DNA of 64,000 nucleotides from contig CBDAON010000004.1 in NCBI GenBank assembly GCA_965198065.1, positions 544,001-608,000 of the forward strand. Direction: 5' to 3'. Numbering within the stretch: the stretch's first letter is position 1; every line of letters begins with the position of its first letter. Positions 8,948-20,122 of the stretch are shown piece by piece. Under the pieces are notes generated by a model, which saw only the letters and a program-made list of their open reading frames with translations, was not told the DNA's origin and searched no databases. Origin of the DNA: Longimicrobiales bacterium. Its GTDB lineage: Bacteria; Gemmatimonadota; Gemmatimonadetes; Longimicrobiales; Gaopeijiaceae. The position numbers and the translations under genes were made by a program.

Positions 8948-11900
8948 CCCGCTCGGCTCAAGGCCAGCCTCACCCTCGTCTCGTCGATCTTGTCCTCGAC
9001 GAACGCATCGTAGCGCCCGTCCAGATCCTCCGCCGCCCCCTCCACCTCGAGGGCCAGCGTCTCCCTTGCGATCAGCTCCCGGTGCCGTGCAAGCGCGGCG
9101 CGCACCTCCTCCGGTCCGGCAATCCCCAGACGGATCCGGTCCGTGATCTTGAGCCCCGCATCCTTTCGGAGCCGCTGGATCCGGCTCACGAGCTCGCGCG
9201 CCATCCCCTCGGCCCTGAGCTCGTCGTCCAGCGTCGGATCGAGCGCCGCCACATGACCGTCCTCGGCCTTCACGACGAGGTCGCCCGCAGCCTCCTCGTG
9301 GATCTCGAGCCACTCGTGCTCGAGCGGCACGTCCTCTCCACCGACCCGAATCGTCACAACTTCACCGCGGCCGAACGCGCTCAGTGCCTCGCCCCCGAGC
9401 GCGCGGATGGCGGTGGCCGCCTCCTCGCTCCGCTTCTGGAAGCGGGGGCCGAGCGCCCGAAAGCTCGGGCGGGCAACCCGGCGGACCAACTCGTCCGCAG
9501 AGGCCAAGAAGCGCACTTCCTTCACGTTCAGCTCGTCCTGGAGGAGGCCCAGGAGCTCGGGCCGGGGCTGGCACCCGGTGGGCACCACCCCCTGGAGGAG
9601 GCGGAGCGGCTGGCGGACCCGGATCGTCACCTCCTCCCGTGCAGCGCGGCCGAGGGACACGAGAACCCGGACCGCCGCCATCTCGCCCTCGAGCTCCCGG
9701 TCCACGCCGGCCGCGTCCGCCGTCGGAAACGAAGCCAGGTGGACGGAGCGCCCCTCGTCGAGGGCCCGGTGGAGCCAGTCCGAAAAGAACGGGATGATCG
9801 GGCCCAGGATCCGGGAGACCGTGACGAGCACTTCCCATAGGGTCCGAAACGCCGCCCTAGCGTCGCTCGAGTCCGTGTTGCCCCAGAACCGCGGCCTAGA
9901 GCGTCGCACGTACCAGTTGGAGAGATCCTCGCTCACGAAGTCGGCCACCAGCCGGTACGCATGGGTGAGCTGGTACGAGTCGAGCTCGCTTCCCACTTCC
10001 GCGACCGTGCGACTCAGTCGCGAGAGGAGCCACCGGTCCAGGAGGCTCCGCTCCCCCGGGGAGGGATCGTCGTCTCCCGGGCGCCACCCATCGACGTTCC
10101 CGTAGAGCGCGAAGAACCGGTACGTGTTCAGGAGCGTGTCGAAGAGCCGCCGGGCCGCCTCCCGTACGCCCTCGGGATCGTAGCGCTTGGCCACCAACGG
10201 GCTCGACGAGGTGATCAGGTACCAGCGGAGCGGGTCCGCGCCGAACTCCCCGATCGCGTCCCAGGGGTCTACCACGTTCCCCTTCGACTTGGACATCTTC
10301 TGTCCTTCCTCGTCGAGGATGAGCCCGTTCACGATCACGTTCCGGTACACGGGCCCGACGTCGAGCATGGTCCCGATTGCGAGCAGGGAGTAGAACCACC
10401 CCCTCGTCTGATCGAGCCCCTCGCAGATGAAGTCGGCGGGGAAGTGGCGACGGAACTCGGTCTCGTGCTCGAACGGCCAGTGCCACTGCGCGTACGGCAT
10501 CGCCCCCGAGTCGAACCACGCGTCGATCACGGCGGGGTCGCGCTTCATCACCCCTTCGCACTCGCGGCAGCCCCAGGTGAGCGCGTCGATCCACGGCCGG
10601 TGCGGATCGAACCCCTCGTCGAGAGGGCCGGCCCGCTCCTCCAGCTCGGCCACGGAGCCTATCCACTCCACATGCTCGGGATCGCTCTCGCACACCCACA
10701 CGGGGAGCGGGGTGCCCCAGAATCGATCCCGGGAGAGCGCCCAGTCCACGTTGTTCTGGAGCCACTCCCCGAACCGCCCCTCCCCCACGTCGGGGGGGTG
10801 CCACCCGATCTGGTGATTGTTCTCGAGCATCCGGTCCTTGAGCGTGGAGGTCGCCGCGAACCAGGAGTTCCGCACCATGTAGATGAGGGGAGAGTCGCAG
10901 CGCCAGCAGTGCGGGTACGAGTGCGTGACCGTCCCCACCCGAAAGAGGGCTCCCACCTTTCGGAGCTCCTTGATGAGGACGGCGTCCGCGTCCTTCACGA
11001 AGAGCCCCCCCACCACCGGGATCTCCTCCCGGAACCGCCCGCGGTCGTCCACGGGGCGGAGGAGCGGAAGCCCTCTCCGCTGCCCAACGGCGTAGTCGTC
11101 CGCTCCGAACGCCGGGGCCATATGGACGATCCCCGAGCCTTCCTCGGCCGAGACGAAGTCCTCCGCCACGACCGTCCATCCGCTGAGGAGCTCCTCGTCC
11201 GTCACGGGGACGAGGTCCAGGACCCGGCGGTAGCGGATCCCCACGAGATCAGAGCCCGAGCGGGTCTCCAGGATCCGCGCGTCATCTCCGAACACCTCCG
11301 GCACGCGGGACTCGGCGAGCCATATCCGCCTCCCCTCCCACTCGACCTCCGCGTACGTCAGGTCCGAGCGCACGGCGAGCACCGTGTTCGACGGAACCGT
11401 CCAGGGAGTAGTCGTCCACACGAGGAAGGCGCGCCGCTCGGGATCCGGCCGGCCGGCTTCGTCCGTCCACTCGGCGAGGAAGTACAGGGACGGGTCCTCG
11501 ACGTCGTCGTATCCCTGGGCCACTTCGTGCGACGAGAGGGCCGTCCCGCAGCGAGGGCAGTACGGTACGGACTTCTGGCCGCGATAGAGGAGCCCCTTTT
11601 CCGCCAGCTGCTTCAGGATCCACCACACCGACTCGATGTACGGTGTATGGAAGGTCACGTACGGACGCGAGTAATCGAGCCAGTAGCCGATCCGCTCCGA
11701 GAGGCGCTCCCAGTCATCCTGGTATGTGAAGACGGACTCCCTGCACACCTGGTTGAAGCGCTCGATCCCGATCCGCTCGATGTCCGGCTTTCCAGAGATT
11801 CCTAGCTTCCGCTCCGCCTCGATCTCGACCGGGAGCCCGTGCGTGTCCCAGCCGGCCATGCGTGTCACGTCCCGCCCCTGCATAGCGCGATGGCGGCAGA

Positions 11901-12105
11901 CCAGATCCTTGATCGTACGGGAGATGATGTGGTGGAGGCCCGGACGGCCGTTCGCGGTGGGTGGGCCCTCGTAGAAGACGAACGGCTCCCGACCGGCCGT
12001 GACCTCGAGCGTGCGCCGGAACAGGTCCTCCTCCCTCCACCGGGCGAGGATCTGCTCCTCGATCGCGAGGAGGCTCTCCGGAACGGCGGGATAGCGCGCG
12101 CTCAC
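8944..12105 (-). CDS. ileS: Isoleucine--tRNA ligase, type 2
   Basis: EGPPTANGRPGLHH, GWDTHGLP, WTTTPWT, DQTRGWFY, KMSKS, IleRS2-type C-terminus. Confidence 0.97.
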   Translation of the reverse strand: MSARYPAVPESLLAIEEQILARWREEDLFRRTLEVTAGREPFVFYEGPPTANGRPGLHHIISRTIKDLVCRHRAMQGRDVTRMAGWDTHGLPVEIEAERKLGISGKPDIERIGIERFNQVCRESVFTYQDDWERLSERIGYWLDYSRPYVTFHTPYIESVWWILKQLAEKGLLYRGQKSVPYCPRCGTALSSHEVAQGYDDVEDPSLYFLAEWTDEAGRPDPERRAFLVWTTTPWTVPSNTVLAVRSDLTYAEVEWEGRRIWLAESRVPEVFGDDARILETRSGSDLVGIRYRRVLDLVPVTDEELLSGWTVVAEDFVSAEEGSGIVHMAPAFGADDYAVGQRRGLPLLRPVDDRGRFREEIPVVGGLFVKDADAVLIKELRKVGALFRVGTVTHSYPHCWRCDSPLIYMVRNSWFAATSTLKDRMLENNHQIGWHPPDVGEGRFGEWLQNNVDWALSRDRFWGTPLPVWVCESDPEHVEWIGSVAELEERAGPLDEGFDPHRPWIDALTWGCRECEGVMKRDPAVIDAWFDSGAMPYAQWHWPFEHETEFRRHFPADFICEGLDQTRGWFYSLLAIGTMLDVGPVYRNVIVNGLILDEEGQKMSKSKGNVVDPWDAIGEFGADPLRWYLITSSSPLVAKRYDPEGVREAARRLFDTLLNTYRFFALYGNVDGWRPGDDDPSPGERSLLDRWLLSRLSRTVAEVGSELDSYQLTHAYRLVADFVSEDLSNWYVRRSRPRFWGNTDSSDARAAFRTLWEVLVTVSRILGPIIPFFSDWLHRALDEGRSVHLASFPTADAAGVDRELEGEMAAVRVLVSLGRAAREEVTIRVRQPLRLLQGVVPTGCQPRPELLGLLQDELNVKEVRFLASADELVRRVARPSFRALGPRFQKRSEEAATAIRALGGEALSAFGRGEVVTIRVGGEDVPLEHEWLEIHEEAAGDLVVKAEDGHVAALDPTLDDELRAEGMARELVSRIQRLRKDAGLKITDRIRLGIAGPEEVRAALARHRELIARETLALEVEGAAEDLDGRYDAFVEDKIDETRVRLALSRAG

Positions 12106-12148
12106 CTCAGCCCCCCAGTCCCCTCGTAACTCCGGCGCAGCTCCATGG

Positions 12149-12988
12149 TCAGAGCTCCTTCACGACGTCCCGGAGGAGCGCCGCGAGCCACGGCTCCGCG
12201 TCGCGGGCTGTGGTGACGACGGCCGGCGCGTCCACCGGCTCCGGGTGCTCCGGATCGCAGACGTCGGTCACGATCATGACGCCGAGCACGGGCATCCCCA
12301 TGTGACGGGCCACGATCACCTCCGGGACGGTCGAAGCGCCGACCACGTCGGCGCCTAAGGTTCGGAGCATGCCGCACTCCCCGCGCGTCTCCAGGTTCGG
12401 CCCCACGACAGCAGCGAGCACTCCACGGTGGAGGCGCACGCCACGGGCCCGGGCCGCCTCGAGCGCCCGCTCCTTGAGCTTCCGATCGTACGGCTCGGAC
12501 ATGTCCGGAAATCGGGGGCCGAGCTCGTCCAGGTTCGGACCCACGAGCGGGCTGTCGCCCATGAGGTTGATCTGGTCGTCCAGGAGAACCAGGTCACCAC
12601 GGGTCAGAGTCGGACCGAGCCCCGTGCACGGGCCCGAAACGATCAGGGTCTCGGCTCCCAGGAGGCGCGCGACGCGAACCGGGAGTGTCACGTCCTGGAG
12701 GGAGCATCCCTCGTAGCGGTGAGGCCCGCCCTCGAGGGCTACGGTCGGGACGCCGTCCAAGTGCCCGAGGAGGAGCCGGCCCGCACGCGCTCCGTGCCCG
12801 GCGAAGGGGAAGCCCGGGATCTCCTCGTACCCGACGGCGACGTCAGCCTCGATCACGTCCGACACGCCCTCGAGCCCGGAATCGAGGACGACGGCCACCC
12901 TGGGCTCGAACCGGGAGCGCTCCCGCACCCCGTCCCGGGCCGCGTGGAGTGAGCCCATCCTCTCCTCGGCAACGACCACCGGGGTCAC
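12149..12988 (-). CDS. Purine-nucleoside phosphorylase-like protein with degenerate motifs
   Basis: YEEIPGFP, HRYEG, GPRFPDMSEPYD, GPNLET, STVPEVIVARH; several canonical residues are altered. Confidence 0.85.
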   Translation of the reverse strand: MTPVVVAEERMGSLHAARDGVRERSRFEPRVAVVLDSGLEGVSDVIEADVAVGYEEIPGFPFAGHGARAGRLLLGHLDGVPTVALEGGPHRYEGCSLQDVTLPVRVARLLGAETLIVSGPCTGLGPTLTRGDLVLLDDQINLMGDSPLVGPNLDELGPRFPDMSEPYDRKLKERALEAARARGVRLHRGVLAAVVGPNLETRGECGMLRTLGADVVGASTVPEVIVARHMGMPVLGVMIVTDVCDPEHPEPVDAPAVVTTARDAEPWLAALLRDVVKEL

Positions 12989-13716
12989 GTCTCGCTCCGC
13001 TCCGATTCCGCGATGCCCGGCTCCTGTACCTCCTCCACGTCCGGCACCGCCGACGCGTCCTCCGGATCGAGCGGCTCCGCTTGGCCGGGCGTCCCGTCCG
13101 CTCGCGTCTCGGTTTTGGAGCCGTCCGCGCTGGAGGCCGAGCTCCCGGGCTCAGAAGCCTGGTCCGTCAGGAGGGAGTCGAGGGAGCGCGTCTCCTCGGC
13201 GCCGGGCACCGCTTCCGAACGACATCCGATCGACTCGAGGTCCACGTCCAGGAGCGGCAGGCTCGCCTCCTCGGCCTCGAGGGCATCCATCTGACACTCG
13301 AGCAGCGTGCGGAACGTGGCGAGGAAACGGGCGCGCGCTCGGCTCAGGGTCCTCAATTCGCCCCTCCGCTCCTCGACGAAGCGCTCCACCCCGTCCCGGA
13401 TCACCTGCGCCGCTCCTTCCGCCTCCCGCCGGACCAGCTCCGCCTCTCGCTTGGCCTGCTCCTTGATCTCTTCCCGGAGCGCCTGGGCGGTGACGAGGGC
13501 TTCCTGAACGGCTTTCTCCCTTCCATCCTGGTCGCGAACGCGGACCTCGAGCCCCCCGACTCGCTCCCTCAAGGTCATGGTCTCCCTCACCAGCTCTTCG
13601 AGTCGTTCGGCCACGAGCTCCAGGAAGTGGTCCACCTCCTGGGGGTCGTAGCCCCGCATCGTCTTCGCGAAATCTCCCTTCTTCTTTCGGACGTCCAGCG
13701 GCGTGAGATCGATCAT
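12985..13716 (-). CDS. divIVA: DivIVA domain protein
   Basis: MIDLTPLDVRKK..F...RGYDPQEVDHFL followed by coiled coil; ATGA overlap with yggS. Confidence 0.9.
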   Translation of the reverse strand: MIDLTPLDVRKKKGDFAKTMRGYDPQEVDHFLELVAERLEELVRETMTLRERVGGLEVRVRDQDGREKAVQEALVTAQALREEIKEQAKREAELVRREAEGAAQVIRDGVERFVEERRGELRTLSRARARFLATFRTLLECQMDALEAEEASLPLLDVDLESIGCRSEAVPGAEETRSLDSLLTDQASEPGSSASSADGSKTETRADGTPGQAEPLDPEDASAVPDVEEVQEPGIAESERSET

Positions 13717-14453
13717 TCCGGTCTCTCCCCCAAGAGAACAGTGCCCAGCCTCACGATGGTGCTCCCCTCCTCCACGGCAATCTCGAAGTCGTTCGACATA
13801 CCCATGGAGAGGTCCATCCCTCCATATCCTGTAACCCTCTTGCTGGCTTCCTCTTGCAACTCTCGCAGCCTCCGGAAGGTCCGGCGGAGAACCTCCTCGT
13901 CGTTCGTCCACGGGGCCATCGTCATGAGCCCCGCGACCTCGAGCGTCGGAAGCTCCAGCACGCGCTCCATCCCGTCCAGCAACTCCTCCGGGGCGAAGCC
14001 GCTCTTCGACCCCTCCCCGGAGGCGTTCACTTGGAGGAGGACTCGAAGCGGAGCGGCGTCCCCTTCGGCCGGCCCCATAGCTCCGCCGGCATCGTCGGGC
14101 GATGCCGGCCCAAGCCCGTCCAGCCGCTCCGCCAGCCGTACTGAATCTACGGAGTGCACGAGGTCGGCGACGCCCCTCACCCTCGGAGCCTTCCTCCTCT
14201 GCAGGTTGCCGATCATGTGCCAGCGAGCCACGCCGTCCGGGGTACGTCCCACCTTTTCTTCGAGTTCCCCCAGACGATTCTCGCCAAGGTCCCGGAGCCC
14301 GGCCTCAAGCGCCGCCTCCACGGCCTCGTATCCGTGCCCCTTCGTGACCGTCACGATCCGAACCGCCTCTGGGTCCCGTCCGGCCCGTCGGGCGGCCGCT
14401 TCGATTCGCCCACGAACCCGCGGAAGCGTATCTCGCAGGCGCCCCTCGTACAT
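13713..14453 (-). CDS. yggS: YggS-family PLP homeostasis protein
   Basis: VTVTK, LGENR, WHMIGNLQ, GLMTM, LSMGMSNDFEIAVEEGST. Confidence 0.95.
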   Translation of the reverse strand: MYEGRLRDTLPRVRGRIEAAARRAGRDPEAVRIVTVTKGHGYEAVEAALEAGLRDLGENRLGELEEKVGRTPDGVARWHMIGNLQRRKAPRVRGVADLVHSVDSVRLAERLDGLGPASPDDAGGAMGPAEGDAAPLRVLLQVNASGEGSKSGFAPEELLDGMERVLELPTLEVAGLMTMAPWTNDEEVLRRTFRRLRELQEEASKRVTGYGGMDLSMGMSNDFEIAVEEGSTIVRLGTVLLGERPE

Positions 14454-14607
14454 CTCGTCGTTCCCGGCACCCAAGACGCGAGGCCCCGCTGACCGCTGAC
14501 CGGCCAACGGGGCCTCACCTCTCGGCTTGGTGGCTTCGCCCGGGGTCAGCTCGGCGTCGTCTCCAAGGTAATGGAAATCGCAACCTCACCCGCGAAGCTG
14601 CCCCGGC

Positions 14608-15057
<450 letters not shown>

Positions 15058-15061
15058 TAGG

Positions 15062-15484
15062 TTAGGTCTCCAGAACCTGAAGTGAGATTCGCCTGGCGCC
15101 CGCCAGCTGGAGGGCGTCCAGCACCGAGATCATGTACTGGTGCGCGGCGTCAGGGTGCGTCCTCACGGCCGCGATGATGTTCGGGTTCGTCTCGAACTCG
15201 GCCCTCCAGATCTGCTCGATCTGGCGAGCCAGCACCGTCTGTGCGGTTTCGCTGTCGCCGCGGCGGACCTGCACCGTGCCGTCGGACTGGATCTCGACGT
15301 AGAGAACGTCCCGCTGGGCCACCTCCAGCTCGGCGGCGTCCTCGGGGAGCACGACCCTGAGGCCCTGGTCCCTCGGGAAGACCGTGGTCACGAGGAAGAA
15401 GAAGAGGAGTAGGAACGCGATGTCCGCCATGGAGGCGGTGGGGATCGCGTCCGTCACCTGGGACTTGCGCTTCAGAATCGCCAC
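15062..15484 (-). CDS. exbD: ExbD/TolR biopolymer transporter
   Basis: IPTASMADIAFLLLFFFLVTT. Confidence 0.9.
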   Translation of the reverse strand: MAILKRKSQVTDAIPTASMADIAFLLLFFFLVTTVFPRDQGLRVVLPEDAAELEVAQRDVLYVEIQSDGTVQVRRGDSETAQTVLARQIEQIWRAEFETNPNIIAAVRTHPDAAHQYMISVLDALQLAGARRISLQVLET

Positions 15485-15518
15485 CGCGCCTCCCACTGGG
15501 ACGGTGTCGGGTCGTTTC

Positions 15519-16174
15519 CTATAGGGTGCCGACCTTCCCCGCCTTTTCGAGGTCCCAGACCAGGTTCAGGACCTCTTGGCTGCCTGCTCCATGTCCACGA
15601 TGAGCTTGTCGATCCGCGACACGAAGAAGTTGTACGTGAGGTTCACCGGAATCGCGATCAGGAGGCCCGTCGCCGTCGTGACAAGGGCGACCTTGATACC
15701 GCCCGCGACGAGGGCCGGTTCCACGTTTCCGGACACCTCGATGGTCGCGAACGCCTGGATCATCCCGACGACGGTGCCGAGGAAACCCATGAGCGGAGCC
15801 ACGTTCGCGATCGTCGCCAGGATCACGAGGCCGCGCTCCAAGAACGCGAGCTCGATCGTGCCGGTGGCGGCGATCACCCGCTCCAGCTCGTCCTCCTGCA
15901 CCTGCCCGCTCCGGATCCGGAGGAGCCCCACGAGGAGGATCGCCGCGGTGGGTCCCGCGGTCGCCCTACACCTCTGGATCGCTTCGTCCAGACGCCCCGC
16001 CTCGGTCAGCACCCTCACCTCGGCGAGGATCCGGTTGGTCTGGCGGTGCGCCACCCGGAGCGTGTAACCCTTCGCGAGGATGACGCCGAGCCCGATGAGC
16101 GAGCTCAGGACGAGGGGGTACATCATGAATCCCCCGTCCGTGAAGAGCGTCATCAGGGAATATTCTGAGCTCAG
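15519..16174 (-). CDS. exbB: MotA/TolQ/ExbB proton channel (apparent 1-nt loss near 15578; start uncertain)
   Basis: APLMGFLGTVVGMIQAF, GGIKVALVTTATGL; tail EVLNLVWDLEKAGKVGTL* in a shifted frame. Confidence 0.88.
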
Positions 16175-16262
16175 ACCCGCCTCCTTGTCGACGCCTGGCC
16201 GGACCAGGCACGCCAACGTACAGATCGACGCGGCCGACTGTCAACGCGGCGCCCGCCGAGAT

Positions 16263-17066
16263 TCATCCCGCCGCGGGGGCGAGTCCCCGAGCTCGCCCGG
16301 GGGCCGGCACAGCCCCTTCGACCAGCTGTCGTAGCCGCGCCAGTCCCACTCCCACTTCGAGCCGTCCCCCGTGAGCAACCGAGACCCTGGCGGTCTCCTC
16401 GCTCACGACGATCACGAGGGCGTCGGATTCCTCCGCGAGGCCCAGGGCCGCTCGGTGCCGCGTACCGAGCGACTTGTCCAGGAGAGGCGTCTGGGTGAGC
16501 GGAAGAATCGCTCCGGCCGCCTTGATGGTGTCTCCCGAGATGATCACGGCCCCGTCGTGGAGGGGCGAGAGCGGGGTGAAGATCGTCGTGACCATCTCGC
16601 GCGAGACGCGAGCCTCGAGCGAGCTCCCCGTAGCAGCGTACTCGGCCAGGCCGACCTCGTTCTCCAGCACGATGATGGCCCCCGTGCTCGTCCGCGCCAG
16701 CTGCTCGACCGCCTCCAAGACCTCGTCCACCACCTGTCGGCTTTCTAGCTTTGCGAAAACTCGGAACATGTGCGTCTGCCCGAGCCGGGCCAGGGCGGAT
16801 CTCAGCTCGGGCTGGAAGACCACGAGCGCCGCAATGGCGCCGTACTGGAAGAGGGTCTCGAGGATGGTGCCGATGAGCGAGAAGTCCAGCATCCGAGCCA
16901 GGAAGTAGACGGCTCCGAGGAGCCCCACCCCGAGGATCATCTGCATGGCCCGGGTTCGCTGGAGGAGCAGGAGGAGCCGGTAGACGAGGGCCGCCACGAT
17001 CGCGATCTCGACCAGGTCGGCCCACCCCGGCCTCAAGAGCTGCACCTGCTCCCACAGAGAGCTCAC
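16263..17066 (-). CDS. cdaA: Diadenylate cyclase CdaA
   Basis: Three N-terminal TM segments, VVFQPELR, PLHDGAV (DGA) and GTRHRAA (RHR). Confidence 0.95.
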   Translation of the reverse strand: MSSLWEQVQLLRPGWADLVEIAIVAALVYRLLLLLQRTRAMQMILGVGLLGAVYFLARMLDFSLIGTILETLFQYGAIAALVVFQPELRSALARLGQTHMFRVFAKLESRQVVDEVLEAVEQLARTSTGAIIVLENEVGLAEYAATGSSLEARVSREMVTTIFTPLSPLHDGAVIISGDTIKAAGAILPLTQTPLLDKSLGTRHRAALGLAEESDALVIVVSEETARVSVAHGGRLEVGVGLARLRQLVEGAVPAPGRARGLAPAAG

Positions 17067-17076
17067 TTCGTGCTCC

Positions 17077-17970
17077 TCACCTCCGTTCCGCCGTGATCGC
17101 TTCCGCTACGAGAAGCGCGTGCCTCGCGGCTGCCACGTCGTGCACCCGGAAGATACTCGCGCCCGCGAGATAGGCCATCGCGCAAGCGACCGCCGACCCC
17201 ACGACCCGCTCCTTCGGGGGAACCCCCAGGATCGGCTGGAGGAAGCTCTTTCGGCTGGGGCCCACGAGGACGGGGAGACCAAGCTCACCCAGCCGCTGCA
17301 GGCGGGCCAGGAGGCGAAGGCTCTGCTGGGCAGTCTTGGCGAAGCCGATCCCCGGGTCCACGACCAGCGCGTCCCGGGCGATGCGGGCGTCGAGCGCGCG
17401 CTGGACCGCTCCCCGGAGCTCACCCAGGACCTCCCCTTCCAGGTCGTCGTAGACCGCTCTCTCCACCATGTCGTCGGGGGTCCCGCGAATGTGCATGAGC
17501 ACGATCCCGGCCCCGGCCTCCTGCACTACCTCCGGCATCTCGGAATCGAAGGCCAGGGCAGATACGTCGTTTACGATGGCCGCCCCCGCAGACAGCGCGG
17601 CGCGGGCCACGGACGCCTTCCGTGTATCCACGGAGAGGGGGACGGAGACGCGATCCCGGAGCGCCTCCACGACCGGCCCCACCCGCCCGATCTCCTCCTC
17701 GGCCGAGACCGCCCGGGCCCCAGGTCGGGTGGACTCACCCCCCAGATCGAGGAGGGCCGCTCCCTCATCCACCATCCGCTCCGCCCGCTCGACAGCGGAC
17801 GCCACGCTCGGGAGCTCCCCGCCATCCGAGAACGAGTCGGGTGTCAGGTTCAGGATCCCCATGATCACCGGACGCTCGAGAGAGAGCGTCCCTCCGGCGA
17901 TCGCCCAGGCGTCGGGCGCACTCAGGACGTCGGGACGTCCCGGGACGTGAGGTGCTGCTCCTGGCGTCAA
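17077..17970 (-). CDS. folP: Dihydropteroate synthase
   Basis: MGILNLTPDSFSDGG, GGESTRPG, DPGIGFAK, SRKSF, FRVHDV. Confidence 0.96.
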   Translation of the reverse strand: MTPGAAPHVPGRPDVLSAPDAWAIAGGTLSLERPVIMGILNLTPDSFSDGGELPSVASAVERAERMVDEGAALLDLGGESTRPGARAVSAEEEIGRVGPVVEALRDRVSVPLSVDTRKASVARAALSAGAAIVNDVSALAFDSEMPEVVQEAGAGIVLMHIRGTPDDMVERAVYDDLEGEVLGELRGAVQRALDARIARDALVVDPGIGFAKTAQQSLRLLARLQRLGELGLPVLVGPSRKSFLQPILGVPPKERVVGSAVACAMAYLAGASIFRVHDVAAARHALLVAEAITAERR

Positions 17971-17995
17971 CGATTCGGGCCCGGGATGGGCCGAT

Positions 17996-20116
17996 TCATC
18001 CCCGGGTGGCGTCGGGGTCCGGCTCCTCGGCCTTCAGGCGCGCGACCGGGCTCGAGACGGGGGCCTCCTCGTCGGAGTGCGCCGCCTCCCCGACGGTCTC
18101 GGGGACCCGGTCCTCCTCCTCTTTCGCTCTCCGCGGCTTCTCTCGGGGACCCGGGGCACCCGCGTCCTCACCTCCTTCCTCCTGTTCCGACTGGGGCTTC
18201 GGCTCCTCGGCCTCGATCTCGGCGCGGCGCTGGTCGAGCGGGGGCAACGACTCGCCCCGGGCGAGGAGATCCACCTCCTTGCGCCCCAGCGTTTCCCGCT
18301 CGAGGAGCGCCTGCGCGATCGCCTCGATCAGGTTAGGGTCTCCCTCGAGGACGCGACGAGCCCGTTCGTGAGCCTCGTCCAGGATCCGCTTCACCTCCTG
18401 GTCCACGAGCTGCGCGGTGTACTCGGAGACGTCCCGACGCTGCGCCATGTCCCGCCCCAGGAAGACCTCGTGCTCGGCTTCGCCGACGGCCATGAGGCCG
18501 ATGAGGTCGGACATGCCGAAACGGGCCACCATGCGGCGGGCCATCTCGGTGGCCCGCTCGATGTCGTTCCCCGCCCCGGTCGTGATCTTCGTCGGCCCGA
18601 AGATCATCTCTTCGGCGACCCGTCCGCCGTACAGCATCGAGAGCTGCCCCTCGAGCCACTCCTTCGTGTAGGAGTGGCGATCCTCCTCGGGAAGCGAGGC
18701 CGTGATGCCGAGGGCACGACCGCGGGGCACGATCGTCACCTTGTGGATGGGATCGAGGCCCGGAGTCCGAAGCCCGACCACGGCGTGTCCCGCCTCGTGG
18801 TAGGCCGTCAGCTTTCGCTCGTTTTCGGTGAGGACCATGCTCCGGCGCTCGGTGCCGAGCATGACCTTGTCCTTGGCCGTCTCGAAGTCGTCCATGGACA
18901 CCTTCTCGGCGCCCCGGCGAGCCGCGAGGAGCGCGGCCTCGTTGCAGATGTTCTCCAGGTCGGCGCCCGAGAGCCCGGGCGTCCCCTTCGCGACGACCGA
19001 GAGCTCCACGTCGTCCTCGAGCGGGAGCTTCCGGGCGTGTACCTTTAGGATCTGCTCCCTCCCAAGCACGTCGGGCAAATCCACGACAACCTGCCGGTCG
19101 AAGCGGCCCGGACGGAGCAGCGCTGGATCGAGCACGTCCGGCCGGTTCGTGGCAGCCAGTAGGATCACGCCCTCGTTGGACTCGAAGCCGTCCATCTCCA
19201 CCAGGAGCTGATTGAGCGTCTGCTCGCGCTCGTCGTGCCCGCCGCCGAGCCCGGCGCCTCGATGCCGCCCGACGGCGTCGATTTCGTCGATAAAGATGAT
19301 GCAGGGTGCGTGCGCCTTCCCCTGCTCGAAGAGGTCACGAACTCTCGACGCCCCGACCCCCACGAACATCTCGACGAAGTCCGATCCGGACATCTGGAAG
19401 AACGGGCGTCCCGCCTCGCCCGCCACGGCCTTGGCCATGAGCGTCTTCCCGGTGCCGGGCGCGCCAACGAGCAGCACCCCCTTGGGGAGCCGTCCCCCCA
19501 GCCGGGAGAACTTCTGCGGATCCTTCAGGAACTCAATGATCTCCTGGAGCTCGTCCTTCGCCTCGTCCGCGCCGGCCACGTCGGTGAAGGTCACCTTGGG
19601 GGTGTCGGGCGAGATCAGCTTCGCCTTCGACCGACCGAACTGGAACGCCTTGTTCCCCCCGCCCTGCATCGTGCGGAGGAGCCAGAACCAGAAAACGATA
19701 AGGATGACCCAGGGGAGCGCGGAGATGAGGAACGTCCACCACGGAGTCTGCACTGGCTCGCCACGGACCGTCACTCCCTGCGTCTCGAAATCCGCGAGGA
19801 GCCCTTCCGGGTTCGCGAAGGGCAGGTTCGTCTCGAACGCGATGAACTCGGTGTTGTTGCGGACGACCGGTCTCCTGAACTCGCCCTCCACGCGGACGCC
19901 CTGGACGACCGTCACCTCCTGGATGTTCCCCTGCTCTAGCTGCTCCCGGAAGTCCGTGTACGAGAACTCAAGGCTGGGCTCGCCCCGCCCTCTCATGAGG
20001 TTCAGGAACAAGAGAGGCAGAAGGATCAGGAGGATCCAGAACGAGGCGCTACGCGACAGGCGGGTCCACGTCGCCTCCTTGGGGTCCTGCGATCGCGGCG
20101 GTTGGCGTTGAGCCAT
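17996..20116 (-). CDS. ftsH: ATP-dependent zinc metalloprotease FtsH
   Basis: Two TM segments, [26 protein letters not shown]. Confidence 0.98.
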   Translation of the reverse strand: MAQRQPPRSQDPKEATWTRLSRSASFWILLILLPLLFLNLMRGRGEPSLEFSYTDFREQLEQGNIQEVTVVQGVRVEGEFRRPVVRNNTEFIAFETNLPFANPEGLLADFETQGVTVRGEPVQTPWWTFLISALPWVILIVFWFWLLRTMQGGGNKAFQFGRSKAKLISPDTPKVTFTDVAGADEAKDELQEIIEFLKDPQKFSRLGGRLPKGVLLVGAPGTGKTLMAKAVAGEAGRPFFQMSGSDFVEMFVGVGASRVRDLFEQGKAHAPCIIFIDEIDAVGRHRGAGLGGGHDEREQTLNQLLVEMDGFESNEGVILLAATNRPDVLDPALLRPGRFDRQVVVDLPDVLGREQILKVHARKLPLEDDVELSVVAKGTPGLSGADLENICNEAALLAARRGAEKVSMDDFETAKDKVMLGTERRSMVLTENERKLTAYHEAGHAVVGLRTPGLDPIHKVTIVPRGRALGITASLPEEDRHSYTKEWLEGQLSMLYGGRVAEEMIFGPTKITTGAGNDIERATEMARRMVARFGMSDLIGLMAVGEAEHEVFLGRDMAQRRDVSEYTAQLVDQEVKRILDEAHERARRVLEGDPNLIEAIAQALLERETLGRKEVDLLARGESLPPLDQRRAEIEAEEPKPQSEQEEGGEDAGAPGPREKPRRAKEEEDRVPETVGEAAHSDEEAPVSSPVARLKAEEPDPDATRG

Positions 20117-20122
20117 CTCGCG

